From assembly GCA_963789265.1 (NCBI GenBank), contig CAWBKB010000003.1:192001-256000 (forward strand): DNA of 64,000 nucleotides, written 5' to 3'. Below the pieces are notes generated by a model, which was given only the letters and a program-made list of their open reading frames with translations, ran no database searches and was not told the DNA's origin. The position numbers and the translations under genes were made by a program. The DNA is from an uncultured delta proteobacterium (lineage in GTDB: Bacteria > Desulfobacterota > Desulfomonilia > Desulfomonilales > Desulfomonilaceae). Shown piece by piece: positions 43,167 to 52,049 of this stretch (positions are counted from its first letter, which is position 1; each line of letters starts with the position of its first letter).

Positions 43167-43967
43167 GTGAACAGAGCACACAACTCAGCTTATACCAAAT
43201 ACTCCGCACCCATAGTGTCTAAGGCAATGCGGGTGCTGAAGATGATCTTCACCTCACCCAGGAACGCGGGGATTAGTGAAATCGCCGCTAAACTCTCGTT
43301 GGCCAAGTCCACTACTCACGGTATACTTGCTGCCCTTGAGGAATCGGGATGGGTGCTTCGCGATCCGATTACCAGAAAATATACGTGTGGTCATGCGGGG
43401 AAGGACCTTGCAGCAAAGGCCTCGGTGCGGGTACCGTTGGTGGAGCAGGCGCGCCCGTTCCTCGAGAAGCTGGGAGCGGAGCTGGACGAAGATATCTTTC
43501 TGGGAATCAGTACGGGCCGTCAGTTACTGATTTTGGACCAGATTGAATCGTCCAAGGAGATTAAGATAAGGGCTCGGCCGGGAACGCGGATTTCCGGCTT
43601 CGCCGGTGCGGCAGGTAAGATTTTCCTGGCCAACGACGATCCGGAAGCGGTGTCACGCCTAATTCTATCGGACCCACCACCGAAATTCACCCTCGAATCC
43701 GTCACGAATCCTGATAGGTACCTTGCCGATTTGGCTCAGGTACGCGCCGCGGGGGCGGCGTTCGACATAGGAGAGTACCTGCCGAATGTGTGGTGTGTGG
43801 CGATTCCGATTTTCTACGGTAAAAAGGCCAGGAAGCGCATGGTGGCAGCCTTCTGGGTGGTAGGCCTCGATTCGGAGCTCAGCGCGCATCGAATGAAAAT
43901 GGCCGAGGATCTCGGTCGCGCGACAGGAGAAGTCTTGTCGCGGATAATAAGCAATCAAGAAACGTAA
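43167..43967 (+). CDS. IclR-family transcriptional regulator
   Basis: HTH GISEIAAKLSLAKSTTHGIL, PGTRI...GAAGKIFLA, GEYLPNVWCVAIPI. Confidence 0.93.
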   Translation: MNRAHNSAYTKYSAPIVSKAMRVLKMIFTSPRNAGISEIAAKLSLAKSTTHGILAALEESGWVLRDPITRKYTCGHAGKDLAAKASVRVPLVEQARPFLEKLGAELDEDIFLGISTGRQLLILDQIESSKEIKIRARPGTRISGFAGAAGKIFLANDDPEAVSRLILSDPPPKFTLESVTNPDRYLADLAQVRAAGAAFDIGEYLPNVWCVAIPIFYGKKARKRMVAAFWVVGLDSELSAHRMKMAEDLGRATGEVLSRIISNQET

Positions 43968-44134
43968 GAAGAACGAATGATCGGCATAAAAATTAGCATT
44001 TCGCTCGGAACGCGGAATTCCCCTTTTTCCTAGGGCGATATTAACTTTCACAAACCCACCCTCCTACAAGAAAAGGGGGACTTTGATGGCCTATCGAACG
44101 GCTGAAGTGCTCGTTCCGGGATAAGCATCAACTA

Positions 44135-44297
44135 CTTAGTATTTCTTTTCGCAAATATGGTGACGTCAAGAACCGGTTCGGAAGTAGATTGCTTCGCTGC
44201 GCTCGCAATGACAGGGAGAGGGAATGTCATTGCGAGCGCAGCGAAGCAATCTCCACGGTGAAAATGCGTGACCGTAATTACGAAAACCTGTACTTAG
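44135..44297. mobile_element. MITE-like element with ~31-bp imperfect TIRs enclosing a perfect 28-bp inverted repeat
   Basis: Inner IR AGATTGCTTCGCTGCGCTCGCAATGACA at 44186-44213 and 44225-44252; outer CTTAGTATTTCTTTTCGCAAATATGGTGACG vs reverse complement CTAAGTACAGGTTTTCGTAATTACGGTCACG. Confidence 0.6.
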
Positions 44298-44301
44298 GGC
44301 C

Positions 44302-44811
44302 CTACTCCCGGGCCTTGAGAAACTGCTCTTCAATCAAGTCGCACAAAAGCTCGGGTCTGTTGAGATCGAAGACCGGTACTTCCGTTGGGGGGGCGGGAGG
44401 GTTACCAGCGATTGCAACGAGGTTTTCGCCGGCTTTGCAGAGCAGTTCCTGATGTAGTTCACTTCTGGAAACTTCTATCTTGGGATGAATGTCGCGTTTG
44501 TAACCTTCCGTTATTATCAGGTCTACCCCTTGTCCTTCGATGAATTTGTCCCTGATTTCGGCTAAGCTGTGATCATGGTCCGTGTCCGCCACCAGAGCCA
44601 GTTTGCCTGGAGAGGAAATGACCGTAACTCTCGCGCCGGCCTGTTTGTGCCTCCAAGAATCCTTTCCTGGATAGTCGATCTCAAAGCTGTGCGCGTCGTG
44701 TTTTATTGTGGCGATCCGGAAACCGCGTGACGTCAATTCTCTGACGACTTTTTCCAGAAGAGTGGTTTTCCCTGATTCCGACTTTCCTACGATGGAAATA
44801 ATAGGAGTCAT
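44302..44811 (-). CDS. mobB: Molybdopterin-guanine dinucleotide biosynthesis protein B
   Basis: VGKSESGKTTL, IKHDAHSFEID.PGKDSWRH, EGYK. Confidence 0.93.
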   Translation of the reverse strand: MTPIISIVGKSESGKTTLLEKVVRELTSRGFRIATIKHDAHSFEIDYPGKDSWRHKQAGARVTVISSPGKLALVADTDHDHSLAEIRDKFIEGQGVDLIITEGYKRDIHPKIEVSRSELHQELLCKAGENLVAIAGNPPAPPTEVPVFDLNRPELLCDLIEEQFLKARE

Positions 44812-45050
44812 TCAAAGCCCTTTCGAAGCAACTTGTGGTGGCTACAGCCCCTAAGCCTTGTAGCATTTTTCTCGTGTGGCTTGTAGCAATCGCCGAAAAA
44901 TTTGTCGGATTTGCTAGGATGAAACCGGCACCCGGGACTCCAGAAGCGCCGGCGTCCCCGCCGGCGAGTCGCGCACAACCGGCGCGGAGGCCGGTCCTAC
45001 TGGTTGCCCGCGCATGCGGGCATGACGACATGTAGGGGCGGGTTTCAAAC

Positions 45051-45228
45051 CCCAATGCTGTTGACTTAAGGGACCTCCGTCTACCCCACCGTCACCCCGG
45101 CGAAGGCCGGGGTCCAGGGGAGATTAGGAAAACCTGGATTCCGGCCTCCGCCGGAATGACGAGGTGAAGGCCCGTCGAAGGAAAAGCTCCTGGACAAGAG
45201 GCATGCGGCTTAAGTCAACAGCATTGGG
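45051..45228. mobile_element. 178-bp MITE with perfect 20-bp TIRs and 7-bp TSD, inserted into a REP hairpin
   Basis: TIR CCCAATGCTGTTGACTTAAG; TTCAAAC duplicated at 45044-45050 and 45229-45235. Confidence 0.88.
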
Positions 45229-45401
45229 TTCAAACCCGCCCCTGCGCCAACTCGCGTCCCTATCCACCGCAGGCGTTGCCTCAGGGCATTGGATCATTGA
45301 CGATAAGAACCGTCAATGATAGTTTTTCTGCTGGAAATAAGAGGTTGAACACTTTTGGCCAAGATTTTTCTTCACTGTCATTGCTCTTTACGGAGGGCCT
45401 T

Positions 45402-46658
45402 ATGTCATTACAGGACAGAGTTCTTCAAGTAGTCACCGACACTCATGAAGCGACCAGAGAAGCGGCCATTCTCCCGATAACCATTAAGGAAAAAATCCTG
45501 ATAGAAACCGCGGGGAGGCTACGGGACGGTCGGCGGCATCTGCAAGACGAGAATCGCAAGGACCTGGAGGCTGCTAAGGCCAAAGGCCTTTCCAAAGCTA
45601 TGCTTGACAGGTTGACTCTCTCTGAACAGGTAATAGAGCAGACCGCGGCGGGTCTCGAAGAGATTGCAGCGTTTCCCGATCCGATTGGTGAGATCGTGCG
45701 TATGTGGACCCGACCGAACGGCATGAGGGTCGGACGCATGCGCATACCGCTTGGCGTGATCGGCATAATTTACGAATCCCGTCCCAACGTGACAGCGGAT
45801 GCAGCAGCATTGTGTCTTAAAGCGGGCAATACAGTCATCCTGCGTGGAGGATCGGAGGCTCTCAATTCCAACAGAGCCATAGTGGGCCTGTTCAAGGAAA
45901 CCCTCAAGGAGAACCACGTCAACGAACATGTCGTCAACCTGCTTCCGACCACTGAGCGGGAGGCCATACTTTACATGCTCAAACTCGAAGAATTGATCGA
46001 CCTCATAATTCCGCGGGGCGGCGAAGACCTCATACGTTTTGTGGCTGAAAACTCAAGAATCCCTGTAATCAAGCATTACAAAGGTGTCTGCCATCTCTAC
46101 GTGGATGCCGCGGCGGATGTGGACATGGCGGTTAGACTAACTTTCAATTCCAAAGTCCAGCGGCCAGGCACCTGCAATGCTCTGGAGACTCTTCTCGTGG
46201 ACAAAGCCGTAGCCGACCGGTTCCTGCCCGTAGCGGCGGAGAAGCTCACAGAAGCCGGAGTGGAACTGAGAGGCTGCGAAAGGTCGCGGCTTCTTGTGCC
46301 GTCAATGGTGCCCGCGACCGAGGATGACTGGTACGCTGAATACCTTGATCTTATCCTGGCGGTGAAGGTAGTAGACGACATTGACGAAGCCATCCGACAT
46401 ATTGCCAAATACGGCTCCCTCCACACTGAGTCGATTGTGACCAAGGATTACGCGGCCTCACAGAAATTCCTCAAAGAAGTGAATTCTTCTTCTGTAATAG
46501 TAAATGCATCCACGCGAATGAGCGATGGGTACGTCTTTGGACTAGGGGCTGAAGTAGGTATCAGCACGACCAAGCTGCACGCTTACGGCCCCATGGGAGT
46601 GGAGGACCTAACTACGACAAAGTTCATAGTCCTGGGGGATGGACAGGTGAGGGAGTAG
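45402..46658 (+). CDS. proA: Gamma-glutamyl phosphate reductase
   Basis: [57 protein letters not shown]. Confidence 0.97.
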   Translation: MSLQDRVLQVVTDTHEATREAAILPITIKEKILIETAGRLRDGRRHLQDENRKDLEAAKAKGLSKAMLDRLTLSEQVIEQTAAGLEEIAAFPDPIGEIVRMWTRPNGMRVGRMRIPLGVIGIIYESRPNVTADAAALCLKAGNTVILRGGSEALNSNRAIVGLFKETLKENHVNEHVVNLLPTTEREAILYMLKLEELIDLIIPRGGEDLIRFVAENSRIPVIKHYKGVCHLYVDAAADVDMAVRLTFNSKVQRPGTCNALETLLVDKAVADRFLPVAAEKLTEAGVELRGCERSRLLVPSMVPATEDDWYAEYLDLILAVKVVDDIDEAIRHIAKYGSLHTESIVTKDYAASQKFLKEVNSSSVIVNASTRMSDGYVFGLGAEVGISTTKLHAYGPMGVEDLTTTKFIVLGDGQVRE

Positions 46659-46662
46659 GTCA

Positions 46663-47190
46663 TTGGGTGAAATACGCAGCACTTTAGATCTGATTATGGA
46701 CAAAACCCGGGGGATGTCCCTATCCCGGGAGGAGAAGGAAAGCTTCCATGCAGAGGAGCTTCGGAAGCGTGCCAACGGGTTCAGGGTAAGACTTCTTGAT
46801 GATCCGTCAAAGGCTGAAGAGATACTCTCCAGGCTCAACAATGAATCGGAAAACGATCGGCAGCTTCTTCACTCCCTCCTCTGGAACGCGATGGTCGAAG
46901 CCCTGCCCGCTGACGATGCCGTGCTCAAATATTTACACATAATGGAGATGCTTCCCGCGGGTATGGCGAAGAACGCGATACTGCACGAACTGTGTTCCTC
47001 GTTCAAGTCCTGGTTAAGGACCAGGGGGACAGACCGACAGAAGACCCTCGCCCGAGAGAAGAAGAAACTCGCCGCATTCGGAATTTCCGGGAGCGCGGTT
47101 GTTCCCAAGATCCCCAAGGGGTCTGACGTAGAGCATGGTTTCGAGCAGGAGTTGAAGAAGTTTAAGAAGGAACTCCTGAGTGACACTTAG
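46663..47190 (+). CDS. Hypothetical helical protein, probably co-transcribed with proA
   Basis: 175-aa ORF starting 4 nt after proA; MGEIRSTLDLIMDKT and GISGSAVVP motifs. Confidence 0.7.
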   Translation: MGEIRSTLDLIMDKTRGMSLSREEKESFHAEELRKRANGFRVRLLDDPSKAEEILSRLNNESENDRQLLHSLLWNAMVEALPADDAVLKYLHIMEMLPAGMAKNAILHELCSSFKSWLRTRGTDRQKTLAREKKKLAAFGISGSAVVPKIPKGSDVEHGFEQELKKFKKELLSDT

Positions 47191-47220
47191 TTCATAAGTT
47201 CGGTCATGTATTTTCGGGGC

Positions 47221-47413
47221 GGAGATTACTGTCCCGCGGGACGTGGGATTTCACTCCTCGCAGTAACAGATAATGGTATGTCATTGCGAGCGCGCCGGCC
47301 CGAAGCAATCTCATCTTCAGCGGGACCGGCATCTTGGCGGTCGTTCCAATAGACAGGCAGGGAGCATGTCCCACCAATGGAGATTGCTTCGTCGTTTCAC
47401 TCCTCGCAATGAC
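47221..47413. repeat. Cluster of CTCGCAATGAC-type palindromic repeats
   Basis: TGTCATTGCGAGCG..GAAGCAATCTC and GAGATTGCTTCG..CACTCCTCGCAATGACA; related to 44186-44252 and ~33873-33890. Confidence 0.7.
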
Positions 47414-47599
47414 AATACCGGACTACGACATCTTGAAACGAAGCTTGTGTGCCACAATTCCACAAAATCAGCTAAATTTACGGAGCAAAGGAAACAATCC
47501 ACTCCGTGATAGTTTCCGATTACCCCATAAAGATACGCTTCCCTCGTATGTCCGAGGGAAGCGCGTCGTGGGTGGGAATTCAGGACGGTAGAGTGCGAT

Positions 47600-50500
47600 T
47601 TATGAGGCAGGAGGCGGCCGTTTGATGATCGTGGGGGACACGAAGACTAAGAGTTCTACAAGGTGCTTTTCCCTCTGCTTGTTACTGAACAGTAAGTTTA
47701 CAAGAGGAATGTTCATCAGACCAGGCCACCCGTCTCGTACGGTGTTGTCGGTATTCCTGAGAATTCCGCCTATTACCGCGGTCTCACCGTCCTTCACGAT
47801 CATATAAGTCCCGGCTTCCTGAGTGGAAATCGAAGTGGAGCCCGGAACGGTCGTGAGATCCGGCGAGTTGTCGGTCATCTTTATATTCATACTAATGCGG
47901 CCGTCCGCGAAGATCCTCGGTGTTACTTCCAGCAGTAGGTCCGCGTCCACTAGTTGCGTTTGCGTTCCAAGTGCGGATGTGGTTGTAAAGGGGATGCTAA
48001 GTCCTTTCTTGATGCTTGCTTTCTGATTGTCGAGGACTTGAACCTTGGGTCGGGCAATTACATGGGTCTGTCCGTTGTGCTCGCCGAGATTGAGACGCAC
48101 ATCCAGTTCTGTGATGTAGTTGGTGCCCAGCAAGCCGAATTGCATGCCCAGACCCATAAGTTGCGCAAGGCCGGTTACGGTGGGTGGCAGGTTTACAGCA
48201 AAACTGGATGGAATATTATCGCCCGCGGTAGTCTGGCCGGTCGCAGTGTTGGCCGCTATGCCCGCCAACTGGTTTCCGCCGATGCCCCAGTAAGTGGTTT
48301 TACCGTCGACAATCTGGCCGACCTGATTGTTCCTACCACCCCAGAGTACCCGAAGACCGCGGGCCCAGTCTCTCGTGGCCTCCACAATGCGTCCCTCGAT
48401 GAGGACTTGCGGGGTCGGTACGTCCAACGTGGCGATAACCTTCTTCATCTGGGCTATCCGTTCGGCGGTATCCTTGATGAAAATCATGCGATTGGGTTTG
48501 TCCGGCCACAACATGTTATTAACAATGATTGTTTGCAGCATGGGATCTGTACCTGTGGGCAGGGCGGTCCGTCCGGCGACACGACCTGCTTGCAAGGCTC
48601 CGATCATGCGTTGCTGAGCCCGTGCCGACGACTCCGAGGCCTGTACAACACGCTCCCGCTGCGCCTGCTGGGCAAGAGTGATCGCAGGGAGCCCGGGCGT
48701 TGATGTCGGTAGGGTTGTTCCGGAAGTTCCAGGCAATGCTCCAGGTGGAGCTGTTCCAACCGTAGCGGCTGGCCCCGCCGGAACTGCGCCGGCTTGCCGC
48801 GCTCCTGCGCACTGCAGGTTGAACATGCAGTCCAGCGTATTTACCACATTTGTGGGATCAGCATAGACCAGCTTTACCGTCGCGTAGTAGAAACAAACCT
48901 CTCCTATTTGCTTCTCTTTCTCATCCTTGACAGGGACGCACCCGGCTTCGCCGTATTCCTCCGTTTTCGCGTCCTCCATGTGTTCTTCCGGGTGGGCCTC
49001 CTTCTTTTCAAGTTCTTTCAAGGCCTTTTCGCTTGCATTCTCCTCCTTCTGTACCTCCTGAGTGAGACTGGTCAGCCGCTTATCCAACTCTTTTATGCGA
49101 ATTTCGTATTCTTTGCGTCTCTGATCTTTATACTTCTGCATTTCTTCTTTTCGACCTATCCGCATCACGTTCCCGATCATCTCGCGGTCGAGGCCGTTAG
49201 TACTGAGTATAGTGTCGATAACCTGGCCCAATGGTACCTGGAACAGCCGTACGGTTGTGGTTCCGGTTACGTCGTTGCCGACAATAATGTTGATGCCGGC
49301 CTGCTCTGCCAGCAGTCTGAAAGCGTTTTTCAGTGAAATGCCCTGAAAATCCATTGTCACAGGCTTGTTGAATACCTCGGGGTCGGGCGTCACCTGGTAT
49401 CGCTTGATGATCTCTGTACGCTGTTTTTGAAGCTCCTGCTGCTGTTTTTGGAGAGATTTTATATTTCGCCTGCGCGTTTCATTTTCCTTGCGGACTTCTT
49501 CCTCCCTCATTATACGATAAGCCTGCAAGCGAGTTTCACGGCTCTCCCCAGCACCGCGCTTACCCGCCGGGCCGGCTCCCGGCCCCATACCAAGTGTTTT
49601 ACGAGCGGAGGAAGCTGAGAAACGCGGAGGGGGAAAGTCGATCATCAGCACACCCTTCTGTTTCTCCACCTGGTAAGGGACTGCATCCTTCAATTGCATG
49701 AAAATCGTCTGGGAGCCCGGCACGATCATTTCAACGGATGTTGAAAAGAGATCTGTTCTCAGCGGCTTCTGATATGCCTTTGGTATTTCTGCATTGACAA
49801 GATCCAACCTGGCTTTAGTCGGGGACACCTTGTTCAGCCGGTAATCCAGGTGATCTCCACCTCTGACAATCAGCCGGGCATTATGACCGACTTGTATGAA
49901 CTTGAGTTCTGTTATCTGTTGAACTATCAGCCTGGGATCGGGCGTCGGGGGTGTGACAGGCGGTCTGACTTCTCGTACCATGCGCGGTTCAGGGCCTCGA
50001 CGCGCCGGGCCCGGCATGCTTCGCATAGAAGGGCGTCCTGCACCATTAGGCGGCGAAGACGGTAGTGCTGAAGGACTCGGAGGCTGAGGCTTGCTGAGCT
50101 CTGTGCTCTGAGCCAATTTAATCCCTTTGAGGGCCTGGTCCCTTGCTTTTGACTCGCCGGCGCTCTTGTTCCACGGCCCATCAACTTTATTGCCTCTTTG
50201 CCTCAATGCATTAGCTCCGGACGCGGAGTGGCTCTTATGAGCAGCGTCCATAGTGCTTCTTGCTGCCAAACGGGAACCTTTCCTGCCTTTTCCCGCGACC
50301 TTGGCATCGGCCGCGACCACATCGGGTGCAAGAGGTGCCGAGAGGACTGAATTCTTCGAGATTGTCCGCGAAGACCTGTGGTGCGTTTTGGGCATGTATG
50401 CCGCTAAAGAATTGCCAAAGATAACGAATACCTGGTTATTGACCGGTCTAATCTGGAATGCCGGGACAGGGTTGTCATGAAAGTCTACGACCAGCCTAGC

Positions 50501-50803
50501 CCTGGATCTGTGGTTACCCACACGGATTTCGCAAATTTCTCTCTTGTCGCCACTTATCTTGCGCGGCACCTTCCCCACGGTCATGTTCTCAAAATCCATG
50601 ACAAGTCTATTGGGTCGGCCGATTACGTGCGCCAGACTCTTGCCCACGATTCCTTTGGTCGAAATGACAATCCGTCTCTGATCCGGCTCGAGTTGCACTC
50701 CGGTGACTTCGCCGGAACCAGCGGCAAGAGCCGGGCCGCACGCTAATGTAAGGAATAGGCAGCCAAGCCAGAGAGACTTATATTTTCTTACGGGTGACCT
50801 CAT
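47600..50803 (-). CDS. pilQ: PilQ-like type IV pilus secretin with AMIN domains and long insertions
   Basis: Signal peptide, AMIN (RPNRLVMDF, RARLVVD), N0 (VTMDFQGISL..LLAEQAGINII), LDVPTPQVLIEGRIVEA, LEVTPRI, GETAVIGG, ELLVFVSPTII. Confidence 0.85.
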   Translation of the reverse strand: MRSPVRKYKSLWLGCLFLTLACGPALAAGSGEVTGVQLEPDQRRIVISTKGIVGKSLAHVIGRPNRLVMDFENMTVGKVPRKISGDKREICEIRVGNHRSRARLVVDFHDNPVPAFQIRPVNNQVFVIFGNSLAAYMPKTHHRSSRTISKNSVLSAPLAPDVVAADAKVAGKGRKGSRLAARSTMDAAHKSHSASGANALRQRGNKVDGPWNKSAGESKARDQALKGIKLAQSTELSKPQPPSPSALPSSPPNGAGRPSMRSMPGPARRGPEPRMVREVRPPVTPPTPDPRLIVQQITELKFIQVGHNARLIVRGGDHLDYRLNKVSPTKARLDLVNAEIPKAYQKPLRTDLFSTSVEMIVPGSQTIFMQLKDAVPYQVEKQKGVLMIDFPPPRFSASSARKTLGMGPGAGPAGKRGAGESRETRLQAYRIMREEEVRKENETRRRNIKSLQKQQQELQKQRTEIIKRYQVTPDPEVFNKPVTMDFQGISLKNAFRLLAEQAGINIIVGNDVTGTTTVRLFQVPLGQVIDTILSTNGLDREMIGNVMRIGRKEEMQKYKDQRRKEYEIRIKELDKRLTSLTQEVQKEENASEKALKELEKKEAHPEEHMEDAKTEEYGEAGCVPVKDEKEKQIGEVCFYYATVKLVYADPTNVVNTLDCMFNLQCAGARQAGAVPAGPAATVGTAPPGALPGTSGTTLPTSTPGLPAITLAQQAQRERVVQASESSARAQQRMIGALQAGRVAGRTALPTGTDPMLQTIIVNNMLWPDKPNRMIFIKDTAERIAQMKKVIATLDVPTPQVLIEGRIVEATRDWARGLRVLWGGRNNQVGQIVDGKTTYWGIGGNQLAGIAANTATGQTTAGDNIPSSFAVNLPPTVTGLAQLMGLGMQFGLLGTNYITELDVRLNLGEHNGQTHVIARPKVQVLDNQKASIKKGLSIPFTTTSALGTQTQLVDADLLLEVTPRIFADGRISMNIKMTDNSPDLTTVPGSTSISTQEAGTYMIVKDGETAVIGGILRNTDNTVRDGWPGLMNIPLVNLLFSNKQREKHLVELLVFVSPTIIKRPPPAS

Positions 50804-51300
50804 TGTTATCCTCTCCCGAAGACCGTGTGGAAGCGATCCAGATCATGCCGATGCCAAGGATACCCGGGTGATCGACTTGAAGAGCTCCTCGTTCATTAAT
50901 TTCATGAGGGTTCAAGTCCTCTGCCGGGTGTTAAGGCTGAGAGGGATGATAACAAACCGCGACACCATATGTCAATTAAAAAATCATAAAAACACTATGA
51001 TATATGATTTACTTAAAGTATTAGTTTATGCAAAATCGGGGCTCTCACATTAGTCCTTTTGAATAATTGGTTGAAATTAATTACTATTATGTAGGTCGCG
51101 GTAGGGACTTCAGTAGTTTGATGCTCCTGCCGCGACCCGCGCCCGAATTTTTCCGCTTCGGAATCCGGCCTGCCTCGAGTATCATCCGTACATGGAAACG
51201 GATGTGACAGTAAGCATAGTGACCCTGGGATTGGCAATCATTGCGGCCGCCCTTTATTTCTACCTGTCTCGATGAGACGGTACAATCAGGGAGTAGTGAA

Positions 51301-51645
51301 GTGGCCACAGAGGACATATTGGAGAATTTGGCATTCCGTTTACGGCCGATTTCCAAGAAGCACCATGCGGTGCGTGCCATAGTGTTCGGTTCGTTGGCAC
51401 GCGGTGAAATCTCGCGACTGAGCGACCTGGATCTCATAATTATTCAGAATACGGAAAAACGGTTTCTTGACAGGTACGATAATCTGCTTTCCGAGATTGT
51501 GCGAGCCGTGCCCGGGCTGGACGTTGATCTCTTTCTTTACACTCCTCAAGAACTTCGCCGAATGGATACTAGGCCGTTCATCAAGACCGCGCTGGCAGAA
51601 GGAAAGGTGATTTATGAGCCAGGCGAAGAACCGCAGCGAAGCTGA
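51301..51645 (+). CDS. Minimal nucleotidyltransferase (MNT) domain protein, antitoxin-like
   Basis: VFGSLARGE...SDLDLII, VDLFLYTPQE, EGKVIYE. Confidence 0.88.
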   Translation: MATEDILENLAFRLRPISKKHHAVRAIVFGSLARGEISRLSDLDLIIIQNTEKRFLDRYDNLLSEIVRAVPGLDVDLFLYTPQELRRMDTRPFIKTALAEGKVIYEPGEEPQRS

Positions 51646-51657
51646 ACGATGGCTGAA
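51614..51657 (+). pseudogene. Truncated HEPN-domain gene remnant
   Basis: MSQAKNRSEAERWL overlaps the MNT 3' end and resembles a HEPN N-terminus; unrelated repeat sequence follows. Confidence 0.5.
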
Positions 51658-51798
51658 TGTTCCCCTGTTCCCAATTGGAGTGATGCACCCTTTGATTGTC
51701 CCCCTCGAGGAATGGGAGAAAAACCCTCGCCTTCAGGCGAAGCCTTCATTACGTACAACTGTGTACTGGCGCGGCACAAGATGCAAAAATTCCGGTAG

Positions 51799-52010
51799 GA
51801 TACTGTCTCAAAACCCTTGAACAGGACGAATTCGCGCCACGGAATACCCTCACCCTTTCCCTCTCCCAAAGGGCGAGGGGACTCTCTAAGAGCCGCTTTG
51901 GTACAGCTCCCTCTCCCTCTGGGAGAGGGTTGGGGTGAGGGCAACAACTATACGAATCAGACCAAATCGTGGCACGATTCTGGGCCTCAAAATAGTTTTG
52001 AGACAGTTTC
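51799..52010. mobile_element. ~210-bp MITE (TIR GA[A/T]ACTGTCTCAAAAC), copy 1
   Basis: TIRs at both ends; internal CCCTCACCC..CCCTCTCCC / GGGAGAGGG..GGGTGAGGG palindromes; homologous to 54450-54660 in inverted orientation. Confidence 0.8.
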
Positions 52011-52049
52011 AGATGCCTGTCCCACTACAGTCAAAAAAAAGTGACGATC

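Noticed and set aside
51612..51947. ORFs such as MLPSPQPSPRGRG and 54470-54766
   Set aside because: These are translations of MITE palindromes, not genes.
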